Positions 10,356-20,243 of a stretch of DNA of 64,000 nt are shown piece by piece. The stretch lies in the sequence record MK568540.2, one strand, 5' to 3'. The notes beneath the pieces are model-generated. The model made no database searches. It saw nothing but the letters and a program-made list of their open reading frames with translations, and had not been told where the DNA came from. How positions within the stretch are numbered: the stretch's first letter is position 1; every line of letters starts with the position of its first letter. A program made the translations under genes and the position numbers.

Positions 10356-10934
10356 TTATACCCCTGCTAATTTCATAAACGTGCTGATGTATGTACTAAT
10401 ATCGTCACGCGAAAGAATGTTAATCACGCGATTCGTTTCATTCTTATTGAACTCAAACTCATCAACTGATACTGGAATCATAACGCCGTGATACAACAGT
10501 TCTCGAAAATCTTCCTGACCTTCTTCAGGTACATTATTTTCCCAGTCGAACTTGTTATACCAATTACGCGGGTTTTCAGGGTCTTCAATCATATCAAACC
10601 ACCAACGACCTTGTTCATCGACGTGATGATGAACTTGCTCATTCCCACCAATATACTGATAACGATAAATAGCATTCTCAGCTACAGATTCATTGGGCTG
10701 AACCCAATCATAAAACGGGTCAACGCGCTGATTGAGAAGTAATATCAACCAATACAACGACGTGTCACCGTACAATTCATATGCAATTTGTTCAGGGCGA
10801 TAATCACCCCTGATTTTATACTGAATCGTCGTAAACGACGGGATGATCTGCTTATGATAATAATTCAAATTCTTGAATATGTCCGCAGTTTCAACCCCTT
10901 GATAATCAGTCTTTTCAAATATCGAAAAAATCAT
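10356..10934 (-). CDS. 53: Baseplate wedge gp53
   Basis: RPEQIAYELYGDTSLYWLILLLN LysM-like motif. Confidence 0.9.
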   Translation of the reverse strand: MIFSIFEKTDYQGVETADIFKNLNYYHKQIIPSFTTIQYKIRGDYRPEQIAYELYGDTSLYWLILLLNQRVDPFYDWVQPNESVAENAIYRYQYIGGNEQVHHHVDEQGRWWFDMIEDPENPRNWYNKFDWENNVPEEGQEDFRELLYHGVMIPVSVDEFEFNKNETNRVINILSRDDISTYISTFMKLAGV

Positions 10935-12067
10935 TTAATCAATCCCTCAATATCACCAAAGAACGAACCAGAGTTTGTATTACTACCACTAGCCGTTTTC
11001 GTTCCACTGTCATAACCTCGAACATTACTGTTAAGGTCGCGTTGATACATAGCACGATCAAGTGGGATAAGTTCGCTAAATGTAATCTCAAGCTCAATAC
11101 CCGCTGGGTCACCAGCCGTACCTCTAAATGTGCGCCAGTACTGATCAGGTGTACGATTCAACTTCACAGATGTGATACCAGCTGGACCGAAAATAAAGCG
11201 AGGTGTGTATCGCGTCGCGTCTGTGTCTGACACTTCTTCAATCATCCATACAGGCGGAGTTTTCAATAAAGTCGCGTATTTCGCAAAACCTGCTGCAAAA
11301 CCTGAACCTAAATTTGCTGTACCTGTATCTAATAACTGCGAATCAATCTGACCTTTCACTGGCAACGATAGCCCATAGAACGTCTTTATAATCTCTGCAA
11401 CTACTTTCAATTCATCTAACGACTTAGGATGGAATTGATATACCATTGTTTGTGTACGCTGCGCTGTACCTTTATACGCAGTTACAGTCACGTTGTCTGT
11501 TACGACACTGCTGTTCTTCTCCAACTGTCCTGCTGCATTCGATTGAATGAATGAACGTTTAATCTGAGCCAGTGTTGCGCCTGCTGCTGTCGCGACTGCT
11601 CGTTTACCGCGATCAACACCTTCAGACACTGTATCTGAGCCTGCTGCTGAAGCTGCACTAGCAAGAAAGTCATTTAACACTGAAGTCGGTGTTTTATCAT
11701 ATTCGTGAGACACTTCTTCAACGATATTAGGCGCGTAAAGTGCAAGTGTAGCCTTCAGTTCGCTAGGAACTTCACCAGATTGTTCATTTTCAGTTTGCGC
11801 GGCAGTAAACGAACTACGCATGTCCGTATAGTGTTGTTTTGTTGTGTGTGCCAAGTCATACGCTCTAAAAATAAAGAAATTCGGGTGTCCAGACTCAGCC
11901 CCTAAATTAAGCGGGTATGTCAATGCTACATTATTCGAGTCACGACCGAGTTTAGTAACATCTTCACCTGTCGAAAGCTCTTGTGTAGTACTTTGAACTC
12001 CTCCTGATATTGTTTCTACTAGAGTGCTACTTTTTGCAGCGATTGTACTAGTAAGATTCATTTTCAT
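10931..12067 (-). CDS. 48: Baseplate-tail tube cap gp48
   Basis: 378 aa; PAGITSVKLN and LEITFSE motifs; synteny. Confidence 0.75.
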   Translation of the reverse strand: MKMNLTSTIAAKSSTLVETISGGVQSTTQELSTGEDVTKLGRDSNNVALTYPLNLGAESGHPNFFIFRAYDLAHTTKQHYTDMRSSFTAAQTENEQSGEVPSELKATLALYAPNIVEEVSHEYDKTPTSVLNDFLASAASAAGSDTVSEGVDRGKRAVATAAGATLAQIKRSFIQSNAAGQLEKNSSVVTDNVTVTAYKGTAQRTQTMVYQFHPKSLDELKVVAEIIKTFYGLSLPVKGQIDSQLLDTGTANLGSGFAAGFAKYATLLKTPPVWMIEEVSDTDATRYTPRFIFGPAGITSVKLNRTPDQYWRTFRGTAGDPAGIELEITFSELIPLDRAMYQRDLNSNVRGYDSGTKTASGSNTNSGSFFGDIEGLIK

Positions 12068-12134
12068 GATCTCCTTTTTAAAAATATATATCTGTATTTA
12101 GATGCGATACTAAATATATGAAAGGAGGCGCTAC

Positions 12135-12590
12135 ATGGCATATTCTGGAAAATTTGTTCCGTCGAACAAGTCAAAATACAAAGGCAATTATCAAAAGATT
12201 GAGTATAGAAGCTCATGGGAATTGTCGTTTATGCGTTGGTGTGACAACAACCCACACGTAGTTCGCTGGAATTCTGAAGAGATTGTAATCCCATATGTTA
12301 GTTCGGCTGACGGCGGGAAAAAACGTAGATATTTTATGGACTTTTACGTGAAGTTCAGTGATGGGCGCGAATTCATATTTGAAATTAAACCGCACAAAGA
12401 AACGATGCCGCCTGAGAAGCCACAGAGGCTTACTGAAAAGGCTAAGAAACGTCTTTTAAAAGAAGTATATACGTTTCAAGTGAATCAAGATAAATGGGCT
12501 GCTGCGATTAAATTCGCAAAGCAGAAAGGTTGGCAATTCAAAGTCTTGACTGAACACGGACTGAGAAAATTGATAGGACTGAGAGTGTAA
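12135..12590 (+). CDS. 4: Head completion protein gp4 (TnsA-like nuclease fold)
   Basis: YSGKFVPSNKSKYKG..IEYRSSWE, YFMDF, EIKP motifs. Confidence 0.93.
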   Translation: MAYSGKFVPSNKSKYKGNYQKIEYRSSWELSFMRWCDNNPHVVRWNSEEIVIPYVSSADGGKKRRYFMDFYVKFSDGREFIFEIKPHKETMPPEKPQRLTEKAKKRLLKEVYTFQVNQDKWAAAIKFAKQKGWQFKVLTEHGLRKLIGLRV

Positions 12591-12591
12591 T

Positions 12592-13188
12592 ATGGCTAGA
12601 CCAGAACGAGCAAAGAAGAAAAAGGAAAGTTTGCTTGATAGCTTCAAAGCTCAAACGCACGAGCTTGGTCGTCAACCAATCGCGAAGAATCAACGCAAAT
12701 CATTAGCATGGTTCAAAAAGCGTGTTCATGATGCAATACGTAGTCGAAAAGTACAGCGACCACACAAAGGCAACATGTATGTATTCGCATATGATGCTAA
12801 ACACAAAGACAAACTTCCGTATTGGGATAAATTCCCGTGTATTATCTGTCTCGGGGTCGAAAAGGGATATATGTTAGGCTTGAACTTGCACTACATCCCA
12901 CCGAAAGATCGCGAGAAGTTTTTAACAATTTTACTACGATACGCAACTACAAAAACAGTAAGTAACACAACTCGACTATCGGTTGATTGGGGTCGAGTGA
13001 AAAACATCAAGTTCAGTAAACATATGGTTAAATTGTACATTCTAAAGCGAATTAAAGGTTCACTTGAAGAAGTCAAACCACATGATTGGTACAATGTTAT
13101 TCACATGCCACTACAGCAATTCGTTGCTAAAAATGGTCGTAACATTTCTGCTGTTCGTGCGTACGATGATCGTTATAGAAGGAGATAA
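12592..13188 (+). CDS. 2: DNA end protector gp2
   Basis: YDAKHKDKLPYWDKFP and GLNLHYIPP motifs. Confidence 0.93.
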   Translation: MARPERAKKKKESLLDSFKAQTHELGRQPIAKNQRKSLAWFKKRVHDAIRSRKVQRPHKGNMYVFAYDAKHKDKLPYWDKFPCIICLGVEKGYMLGLNLHYIPPKDREKFLTILLRYATTKTVSNTTRLSVDWGRVKNIKFSKHMVKLYILKRIKGSLEEVKPHDWYNVIHMPLQQFVAKNGRNISAVRAYDDRYRRR

Positions 13189-13191
13189 CGA

Positions 13192-13938
13192 ATGGCAATC
13201 GGTATTGACGTTAAAAAGTTCTTATCTCAGATCAATAAGAACGATTTAGCAAGACAAAACTTGTATGCGGTGCGTTTTGCATCGCTGCAAGATACAGCAA
13301 AGCAGTTAATGAACACTGGTGAAACGTTCTCGAATGCTGCATCGACTAGAGTAAACGGTATCGGGGTTAAAGATGCATTAGCCTCGACTGCTGCGTTATT
13401 CGGTAGTGGGTTTGAATTCGAGCGAAACATCGGGATGATGGTTAAATCAGTAAATATACCTGGGTCATCATACGAAACAGATATTGATAGATCGAGAAGA
13501 CGTCCGCATCATGTAATCAAAACGAAAACTGATGAAACGGTAACGATGTCGCTGTATCTTTCACCCTCACACCCTGAGCGTAAAATGCTATTAGGTTGGT
13601 TCAAACAGATTTATTCAAACGATTCTGCGCAAGTCGGGTTCTTCTCGAATTACGCACGCACTATCGAGATTTACACGTACGACCGCAACGCGAACATGGT
13701 TACTATGACCAGTTTAAAAAATGCGTTTCCTATTCGAGTCGGTGGAGTTCAGTTGGGCTATGAAAATAGCAATGCAGTTGCCGAATTCGAGGTTGAATTT
13801 GTTTACGAAAGTGCAACGTACATGACTGAAGATTTATCTAGCACAATTGCAGACACGTTAGATATAACACAGAATTTCGAAAAAACATATAACAGCATTT
13901 ACAATACTGCGGCAGAAACATTCCCAAACTTATTTTAA
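13192..13938 (+). CDS. 54: Baseplate tail tube initiator gp54-like
   Basis: ARQNLYAV, VKSVNIPG, NAFPI tube-fold motifs. Confidence 0.7.
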   Translation: MAIGIDVKKFLSQINKNDLARQNLYAVRFASLQDTAKQLMNTGETFSNAASTRVNGIGVKDALASTAALFGSGFEFERNIGMMVKSVNIPGSSYETDIDRSRRRPHHVIKTKTDETVTMSLYLSPSHPERKMLLGWFKQIYSNDSAQVGFFSNYARTIEIYTYDRNANMVTMTSLKNAFPIRVGGVQLGYENSNAVAEFEVEFVYESATYMTEDLSSTIADTLDITQNFEKTYNSIYNTAAETFPNLF

Positions 13939-13950
13939 GGCAAAAATATC

Positions 13951-14799
13951 ATGACAAAACCATTTGATTTGAGCGTACTTGCTGCGCCTCAATATACTGT
14001 AAAACTACCATCTACTGGCGAAGAGATCAAGTTACGTGCCATGCTCGCAAAAGAGCATAAAACACTGTTGATCGCTAACGAATCAGATGAAAAGGTTGAT
14101 GCAATCGAGCAATGTCTTGAAAACTGTATTGTTTCAGACATCAAGATGGAAGACCTAACGGTTGGTGATGCTGAATACTTGTTCATGCACATGTATATGA
14201 ACAGCAATGGCGTAACTGAAATTCAAGCGGAATACAACTGCTGTGCAGATAAGCCAGAAGAAGAACTCAAACAGCTAGACGCACAAGAAGAAGCTGAACT
14301 TGAGAAATCTGCCGATGACTTGTTCGCAGAGATTGTTAATCAATCAAACGAAGAGGCAATCGAAGCAGTATTCGCACCTGACAAGCGTCTATGCGGTGAA
14401 CGAATCACGGCAAATATAGACCTAAACGCTGCGTTTGTGCCTGCATTCACTGGTGAAGATACAGTTCGTGTTAACAAACAAGTATTAATCAAACTCCAAC
14501 ACCCGAATATTCGCGTGTATGAGAACAACGACCCTAACACTCCTGAAGGTCTGTTCAATATTGCTGTTGAATCGATCAAAGAAGTTCACGTTGGTGATAC
14601 TGTGTACAGCAAAGAAGAGCTTGCCGCACAAGGTCAGTTGATCAATATCATGGGTGAACTAGACACTGCTGCATTCAAGAAAGTTCAAACTTTCGTCGAT
14701 GCAGTACCGCGAATCACCACTTATGTTGACGTTAAATGTCCTAAGTGTGGTAACGCAGAGAAAGTAACTCTACGAGGCATCGAAGATTTTTTCGTATAA
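13951..14799 (+). CDS. 26: Baseplate hub subunit gp26
   Basis: YTVKLPSTGEEIKLRAMLAKEHK; C-terminal KCPKCG..LRGIEDFF. Confidence 0.88.
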   Translation: MTKPFDLSVLAAPQYTVKLPSTGEEIKLRAMLAKEHKTLLIANESDEKVDAIEQCLENCIVSDIKMEDLTVGDAEYLFMHMYMNSNGVTEIQAEYNCCADKPEEELKQLDAQEEAELEKSADDLFAEIVNQSNEEAIEAVFAPDKRLCGERITANIDLNAAFVPAFTGEDTVRVNKQVLIKLQHPNIRVYENNDPNTPEGLFNIAVESIKEVHVGDTVYSKEELAAQGQLINIMGELDTAAFKKVQTFVDAVPRITTYVDVKCPKCGNAEKVTLRGIEDFFV

Positions 14800-14966
14800 T
14801 GCTCGGTAGATACTCACTCGAAGAGTATTACAAAGAAAACTTTGCCATGATCACTCATGGCAATTTTTCGCTATACGATTTAGAGACAATGGTTCTATTC
14901 GAGCGCGAAATCTATGCCGCACAGCTTATACATCACATCAAAGAAAAGAATAAGGAACAACAATAA
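14799..14966 (+). CDS. 51: Baseplate hub assembly protein gp51-like (55 aa; not in the ORF track)
   Basis: MLGRYSLEEYYKENFAMITHGNFSLYDLETMVLFEREIY matches the short gp51 pattern; overlaps both neighbours by a base. Confidence 0.7.
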   Translation: MLGRYSLEEYYKENFAMITHGNFSLYDLETMVLFEREIYAAQLIHHIKEKNKEQQ

Positions 14967-16939
14967 TGGCGGCTGATGAAAAAAAGATGAATGAGATAAT
15001 CGGAAGATTAGATCATTTGATTCTCCAACAAGAAGACCGACCTGAAGTTTACACGATGCAGCGTGTGGCTCGTCATATCAACAACATTGATATAACAACG
15101 TCAACGATGCTCGAAACAATGCAATCGGTCTTCAAAACTAACGAAAAGGCAGTTGCACAACAGAAAAATCTATTTCAGCGCGTCATTGAAAACTTCGAAC
15201 AGACATCAAACAGAGTCCGCGCTTCGATTATATCACTAACTGATATCATCAAAACTACTTTAGATTTCAAAGGTCACTTGTCTAGAATTGATCGCGGTAT
15301 TCAAGAGATGCGATTGACTGCAAAAATGCAGTTTGCTCGTATGCAGGAGGGGTTTACTCGATGGTTTGAACGACTGATCTTCAGAGTCAATGACATGAAG
15401 CGAATAATCGGGCTTCAGAAGACGACTGCCGACGATTTAAATAGTTTCTTGACGAACGGTGCGGGTAACAACTCTCCGCTTACTGTGGGCTTTATAAGCG
15501 CGTTATACAAGAAGATATTTGCATATCAAGTCGTTACTGATACTCGTGCTCGTAAAACTGAGCAATTTCGTTACAAAGAAAACATGAAAGTACAACGCAA
15601 CCAAGCGAGTGATCTACGTCGAATCGCGAATCACTTAACAGGTGAAAAGCTAGGGTGGATTGCCAAGTTGTTCAGACTAGTTGGTGTAGGTCTAATAATG
15701 CTAGGCGGTCAATTAGTAAAGTTTTCAACATCTATGGCAGATGCTGCATCAACGGCTAGTAAATTCGGTAGACTAGGTCGTATTGCTTCAAGCATTCTAT
15801 TAGGGTTTGGTAAGTTTAGTCAAGGGACGGGTGGAATCATCAAAGACCTTGCAACTGACATGAGAGGTACGGTCAAAAAATGGATGTGGGCAGTTGTTCG
15901 TCAAACATTCTTAGGACTAGGTCGTATGATTTCAATCATGCTAAACCCACTCGCACTAGCAGGTATGCTTGCAGGTTATGGTATTTACAAGCTATTCGAA
16001 GAAGAAATCGACCGAATCTTCGTTGCATTGAAAAGTATTTTCAGCGACCCCGAAAAACGGGAAATGTTGTTTAATATAGTGTCGAATTGGTTTAGCGATA
16101 TGGTTCGAGGTATCGGAGAATGGTTCGGTATTGTCAGTGAAAATATTCAAGAAGCAGTACCAGAAGGTGCAGTTGATGGAATTGTATCTGGCTTCAATGC
16201 AGTGGTATCTTTCGTTAAGAAAGCTTTCCGAATGTACGTTAATGCAATTAACAAAATCATAGCTGGTTGGTTATCAATTCCTGATTCGTTTAGATTGCTT
16301 ATGTTAGCAATAGATGACTTGATGTTAAACGTTAAATCATTTGTAGTTGATGCATTAAATGCATTACCAGACTGGATGCGTTCAGAAGGCATGGACAAGT
16401 TCATAGCAGATGCTGATATTGAAGGTAAAAGAGCGAAACTAGATGCTGACAAAGCTGAAGTTCGTGAAAGACTCAATGCGCGTTATCAAACAGACTATCT
16501 AGGCAAAGCTGGGGATATGATCGTTGATGGGGCTAAGAATACAGCACAAGCGGTTATAGACGGTGCTAAGAACGCTGCTGATGCTATCAAAGACCCTGCT
16601 AAGAATTTAGCAACGTCTGCCGAATCTCTTGACAAGTTCTTGCAAGCTGAAGTCGAGAAGAAGCAAATAGCAGAAGACGCAATTGTAGCGGCTGAACGTC
16701 AACGTATGATCAACGAGGGGATCATTAAGCCAATGCAAGAAGTTAAGCGTTCAATCATCTTAGAAGCTGTCGCAGCGCGAGAAGCAGCATTTCGAGCAGC
16801 ACAGCAAACGAAAGAGGTTGGAACTAACTTCGTGAACAATGCGGTCAATTCAGTTCAGAATACAACGAACTTCAATAGACCGTTAAGCGTAAACAGTGAA
16901 GCGAAAGTGCCTTCACCAAATAGAAGAACGGTGAATTAA
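14966..16939 (+). CDS. 29: Tape measure / baseplate hub gp29
   Basis: 657 aa, helical and amphipathic; synteny. Confidence 0.7.
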   Translation: MAADEKKMNEIIGRLDHLILQQEDRPEVYTMQRVARHINNIDITTSTMLETMQSVFKTNEKAVAQQKNLFQRVIENFEQTSNRVRASIISLTDIIKTTLDFKGHLSRIDRGIQEMRLTAKMQFARMQEGFTRWFERLIFRVNDMKRIIGLQKTTADDLNSFLTNGAGNNSPLTVGFISALYKKIFAYQVVTDTRARKTEQFRYKENMKVQRNQASDLRRIANHLTGEKLGWIAKLFRLVGVGLIMLGGQLVKFSTSMADAASTASKFGRLGRIASSILLGFGKFSQGTGGIIKDLATDMRGTVKKWMWAVVRQTFLGLGRMISIMLNPLALAGMLAGYGIYKLFEEEIDRIFVALKSIFSDPEKREMLFNIVSNWFSDMVRGIGEWFGIVSENIQEAVPEGAVDGIVSGFNAVVSFVKKAFRMYVNAINKIIAGWLSIPDSFRLLMLAIDDLMLNVKSFVVDALNALPDWMRSEGMDKFIADADIEGKRAKLDADKAEVRERLNARYQTDYLGKAGDMIVDGAKNTAQAVIDGAKNAADAIKDPAKNLATSAESLDKFLQAEVEKKQIAEDAIVAAERQRMINEGIIKPMQEVKRSIILEAVAAREAAFRAAQQTKEVGTNFVNNAVNSVQNTTNFNRPLSVNSEAKVPSPNRRTVN

Positions 16940-17475
16940 TGAAAAACTTAACGATGAAGAATAATTTCCGAATCGACATCCCTGATAATAACGCAACTCA
17001 AACGTTTCAGTGGCAGATACAAACTGCCACTATCCCGGGTGTTACGATGGAAATTGCAAGCATTACTCGTGGTCCGAAGTATGCCAAACTAGCAAATAAC
17101 CATGTTGCAGGTTCTGGTACATCATATGACGATCTTTCGATTCAATTTCTAGTCGATGAAGAAATGCGTACGTATGCAGAGCTGTATAGATGGTTGATCA
17201 CAATGAACAACCCAACAGGTGCTAGTACAAGTGACGGGATTGTTCCAGTTACTATGCTTCTACATGTTCTAGACAACAACAAAGATAAAATTGTAGCAAC
17301 ATATCGTTTTGTCAATGCATTCCCAAAGTCACTCAGTGCTGTAGAATGGAACTATACTGAATCTGGTGATGTTGAAGTCGTAACTTGTGATGTCGAGTTT
17401 GAATATTCATATTTTGAAATGATTCATAAAGTCGATGGCAAAGAAGAAGTAATAACACCCTATATGGGTTCATAG
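16939..17475 (+). CDS. 3: Tail completion / sheath stabiliser gp3
   Basis: IQTATIPGV, YDDLSIQFLVDEEMRTYAELYRW. Confidence 0.88.
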   Translation: MKNLTMKNNFRIDIPDNNATQTFQWQIQTATIPGVTMEIASITRGPKYAKLANNHVAGSGTSYDDLSIQFLVDEEMRTYAELYRWLITMNNPTGASTSDGIVPVTMLLHVLDNNKDKIVATYRFVNAFPKSLSAVEWNYTESGDVEVVTCDVEFEYSYFEMIHKVDGKEEVITPYMGS

Positions 17476-17484
17476 AAAGCAATT

Positions 17485-17506
17485 AAGCCCCGTAAGGGGC
17501 TTTTTT
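17485..17506 (+). terminator. Rho-independent terminator
   Basis: AAGCCCC-GTAA-GGGGCTT followed by a T-run. Confidence 0.85.
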
Positions 17507-17704
17507 GTATCTGAATCTAGAGCGAAGCGGCAGAATTTGGTGTGAGGCCCAAAAATTGGGCATCATCTTAGTAGTATTAGTAGTTTTAGTGAAGTTAGAG
17601 GTATTAGTAATATTAGAGAATAGGCACCTTGTCGCATTGTTTAGAAACCACCAGATCTGTCGTATAATCGTGAGACGAAACACACTATTAATAGGTAACT
17701 CATT

Positions 17705-18349
17705 ATGATTATAGGAATCAATGGACAAAAGCGTTCAGGGAAAGATACCCTTGCTGCTGCCATTAAAAAATCTCATAGTGATAGCACTTACATTTACAAA
17801 TTTGCCGACCCGATTAAAGAAGGGTTGTTCATTGGGTTAAAAGAATATGGCTATGATTATGCAGACATAGACGGTCAAACAGATTGTGACCGCGAAGTTC
17901 CAGTATTTACGTTAGACGAAGCAATTGAACTTGTATTGAAGTGCTGTGACTACGCAAACGTAGATGCTGATTATGATTACGTATACTTTACTCTACTTCC
18001 ACACACTGGTCTTTTTAGTATTCGAGATCTCTTACAAATGACAGGTACTGATGTTGCACGTTCTCTTAACGATCAGCATTGGATCAATTATGCACGTGAT
18101 AAATACAATCAGTTAGTGTTTAACAACCCCGACTTGCTCTTTATAATTACTGATGTTCGTTTTGAAAACGAAATGAATTTAGTATATGAGCTTGGTGGCA
18201 CGATGTTACAAGTTAACCGAGAAGGTTCTCTGGCATCTAATCACATTAGCGATACCGAATTGGGTTTTATTGAAGACGCTATTCAAATAGACAATAACGG
18301 TTCTCTTGAAGAACTGTATGAACAAATTGATAATTTAAATTTAAGGTGA
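17705..18349 (+). CDS. 1: Deoxynucleoside monophosphate kinase gp1
   Basis: IGINGQKRSGKDT P-loop; RDLLQMTGTDV; ITDVRFENE. Confidence 0.93.
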   Translation: MIIGINGQKRSGKDTLAAAIKKSHSDSTYIYKFADPIKEGLFIGLKEYGYDYADIDGQTDCDREVPVFTLDEAIELVLKCCDYANVDADYDYVYFTLLPHTGLFSIRDLLQMTGTDVARSLNDQHWINYARDKYNQLVFNNPDLLFIITDVRFENEMNLVYELGGTMLQVNREGSLASNHISDTELGFIEDAIQIDNNGSLEELYEQIDNLNLR

Positions 18350-18353
18350 AAAC

Positions 18354-18620
18354 ATGTCACAACAAACTGCTGAACAAGTAATCGAACAGAAAGACGCACA
18401 AATCAAAGATCTTAAAGTGCGTACCTTTGACCTACAAGAGACTCTTCAAGAAGAGCGCAATTCTTTTGGTCAGTTCGTGGGTGTACTAGCTCAACTACTC
18501 GATTTCGATCAGACGCAAGCAAGTTCTCTACAGAACTACGTTGACGAAATCGCAATTCTAACCGGTAAAGCTGAACGTCCTGCTGAAGGCGACGGCGAAC
18601 AAGAAAAAGACGCTGAATAA
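18354..18620 (+). CDS. 57A: Tail fibre chaperone gp57A
   Basis: Coiled coil with LKVRTFD motif; position after gene 1. Confidence 0.8.
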   Translation: MSQQTAEQVIEQKDAQIKDLKVRTFDLQETLQEERNSFGQFVGVLAQLLDFDQTQASSLQNYVDEIAILTGKAERPAEGDGEQEKDAE

Positions 18621-19075
18621 TGAAACTATCTAAGTTCCTTGAAAGTCAGGGAACTTACGTTGGTATCAGATTAGACGAGGCGAGTAAGCAAGAGTTAGTT
18701 CGATTGCAGAAAACGCTTCGTCTAAAAAATCCGTTAGAACCAGATAAATTTCACGTGACTGTGCTTTATAGTCGTAAGCAAATTGATGTACCTGTTGTCG
18801 ATACCACTTTCGTTGCTACTGTTGAACATATCGACTGTTGGAAAACGCAAGACGGCAAATATGCAGTTGTTGCTAAGATGGTATGTCCAGAACTTGTAGA
18901 ACGTCACGATGATCTTATCTCTATCGGTGGTACTCACGACTACCCTGACTATACCCCTCACGTTACGTTGTCTTATGACGACGCGATCACACCTATGCCC
19001 GTCAACGCTGAAGTTCGGCTTGTTGATGAATATCTTGAACCACTTGATTTAAATTGGGTTAATAGTAATGACTGA
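18620..19075 (+). CDS. 57B: gp57B / Acb1, 2H phosphodiesterase (anti-CBASS)
   Basis: Two HxT motifs (HVTV, HVTL); WKTQDG, THDYPDYTPH and EYLEPLDLNW are shared with T4 57B. Confidence 0.9.
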   Translation: MKLSKFLESQGTYVGIRLDEASKQELVRLQKTLRLKNPLEPDKFHVTVLYSRKQIDVPVVDTTFVATVEHIDCWKTQDGKYAVVAKMVCPELVERHDDLISIGGTHDYPDYTPHVTLSYDDAITPMPVNAEVRLVDEYLEPLDLNWVNSND

Positions 19076-19322
19076 TTTATCTACTGAAGCAGTATTAAAG
19101 AAGTACAATGAAGCTCCCGAAACTCTAACTACTGAAGAGAACGTTGTATTATTGACGTATATCATCGGTATGCAGACCGATCAGATTGCTTTACTTAAAG
19201 AGAACAACAAACTTTACGATAAAGCTATCACTGAGCTTCAGCAAGCTGTATCTCAGCTTCAAATCAAGCACGCTGCGCTTGAACGAGGTGAGACAGAAAG
19301 CGGTATCATTCTTTCAGTATAA
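19068..19322 (+). CDS. Hypothetical coiled-coil protein
   Basis: 84 aa ORF coupled to 57B. Confidence 0.7.
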   Translation: MTDLSTEAVLKKYNEAPETLTTEENVVLLTYIIGMQTDQIALLKENNKLYDKAITELQQAVSQLQIKHAALERGETESGIILSV

Positions 19323-19339
19323 AAACTTTCAAAAAGTTG

Positions 19340-19367
19340 TTGACTTATTCTGAAAAGCATGTAGAAT
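19340..19367 (+). promoter_or_regulatory. Early promoter
   Basis: AAAAAGTTG-TTGACT..TAGAAT. Confidence 0.7.
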
Positions 19368-19431
19368 GTATTTCATCGAGTCGAGAGACAGAACACAAAC
19401 TTTCAACTCGATGAAATATTTGAAAAAGTTG

Positions 19432-19459
19432 TTGACTTACACTGAAATGATGTTAAGAT
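19432..19459 (+). promoter_or_regulatory. Early promoter driving the RNA island
   Basis: AAAAAGTTG-TTGACT..TG-T-TAAGAT. Confidence 0.7.
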
Positions 19460-19467
19460 TAACACAG

Positions 19468-19576
19468 TTGATTAAGCGAGCTAAGTTCATCGTTCTCGCC
19501 TCTTATTGAAGATGAACAATATTGATTAAGCAGACTAAACTCATCGTTTCTGCCTCTTCTCTGAAGATGAGTAATA
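19468..19576 (+). repeat. Two tandem 54/55-nt repeats, each an H-type pseudoknot
   Basis: Copy 1: GCGAG/CTCGC plus GTTCATC/GATGAAC. Copy 2: GCAGA/TCTGC plus ACTCATC/GATGAGT. Both stems show compensatory changes. Confidence 0.85.
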
Positions 19577-19721
19577 TTTTAAATGTGCGTTAGCCGCAAT
19601 GAATACATGGAGCCAGTATACGTTCTGGCGTGCAGGGATACTCTTAGCGGACGAATTCTCAATCAAAAACTAGCTGAGTTAAAATTCGCTCAGTCGGCGT
19701 GCAAGTAGCGCACATTTAAAA
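19577..19721 (+). ncRNA. Orphan structured RNA
   Basis: 13-bp terminal stem TTTTAAATGTGCG/CGCACATTTAAAA with inner stems GCCG/CGGC and GCCAG/CTGGC. Confidence 0.55.
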
Positions 19722-19739
19722 TATCGAGAGTACATTGGT

Positions 19740-19862
19740 CGAGTGTTGGTGTAGTGGCAGCACACGTAGCATACTGTAATCAGACATGATTATATTCAGC
19801 AACCAATTTACGCATATCATAGGGAGATCGTGGGAACGGTTCGATTCCGTTACACTCGACCA
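19740..19862 (+). ncRNA. tRNA-like RNA E1 with CAGCAA module inserted in the anticodon stem (loop ATAGGGA)
   Basis: Acceptor CGAGTGT/ACACTCG, D-arm, T-arm AACGG-TTCGATT-CCGTT, ACCA end; 49-nt insert after position 28; 21-bp leader/trailer duplex 19726-19872. Confidence 0.8.
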
Positions 19863-20121
19863 ATGTACTCTCACTAACAAAGCGAGGTGGACAATTTGAT
19901 TGTATATCTTCTCGCACTAGTATTCATCGTCCTTTTTGCCTTGGACATTGAAGAAGAAAAGGTGCGCATTCATACTTTTGCGCTAATCACATGCGAACGG
20001 GTCATTCATCCCGTAATTAAAGCGCACGATTCCAGATTGTGTTTTGATTAGCTAAGGCAAATATAACTAGAGGATTTTTGGTGCTTGTGGTTAATCACAA
20101 GCACTCTCAAGAACATATTGA

Positions 20122-20243
20122 GCAGGGTTGGTGTAGTGGCTAGCACACGTAGCATAAACGCAAGCTGTTAAGTTTGTATTCTGCAATCAATTTAGCATAT
20201 CATTTCCAAGATCGTGACGCAGGTTCGAATCCTGCACCCTGCT
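20122..20243 (+). ncRNA. tRNA-like RNA E2 with CTGCAA module (loop ATTTCCAA)
   Basis: Cloverleaf with insert after position 28; 17-bp extended acceptor duplex 20112-20252; no encoded CCA. Confidence 0.8.

Noticed and set aside
12135-12590. Transposase or homing endonuclease call from the TnsA-like fold
   Set aside because: It is the conserved T4 gp4 head-completion gene in its normal context.
19468-19576. CRISPR mini-array interpretation of the tandem repeats
   Set aside because: The copies are contiguous with no unique spacer, differ by compensatory changes, and no cas genes are present.
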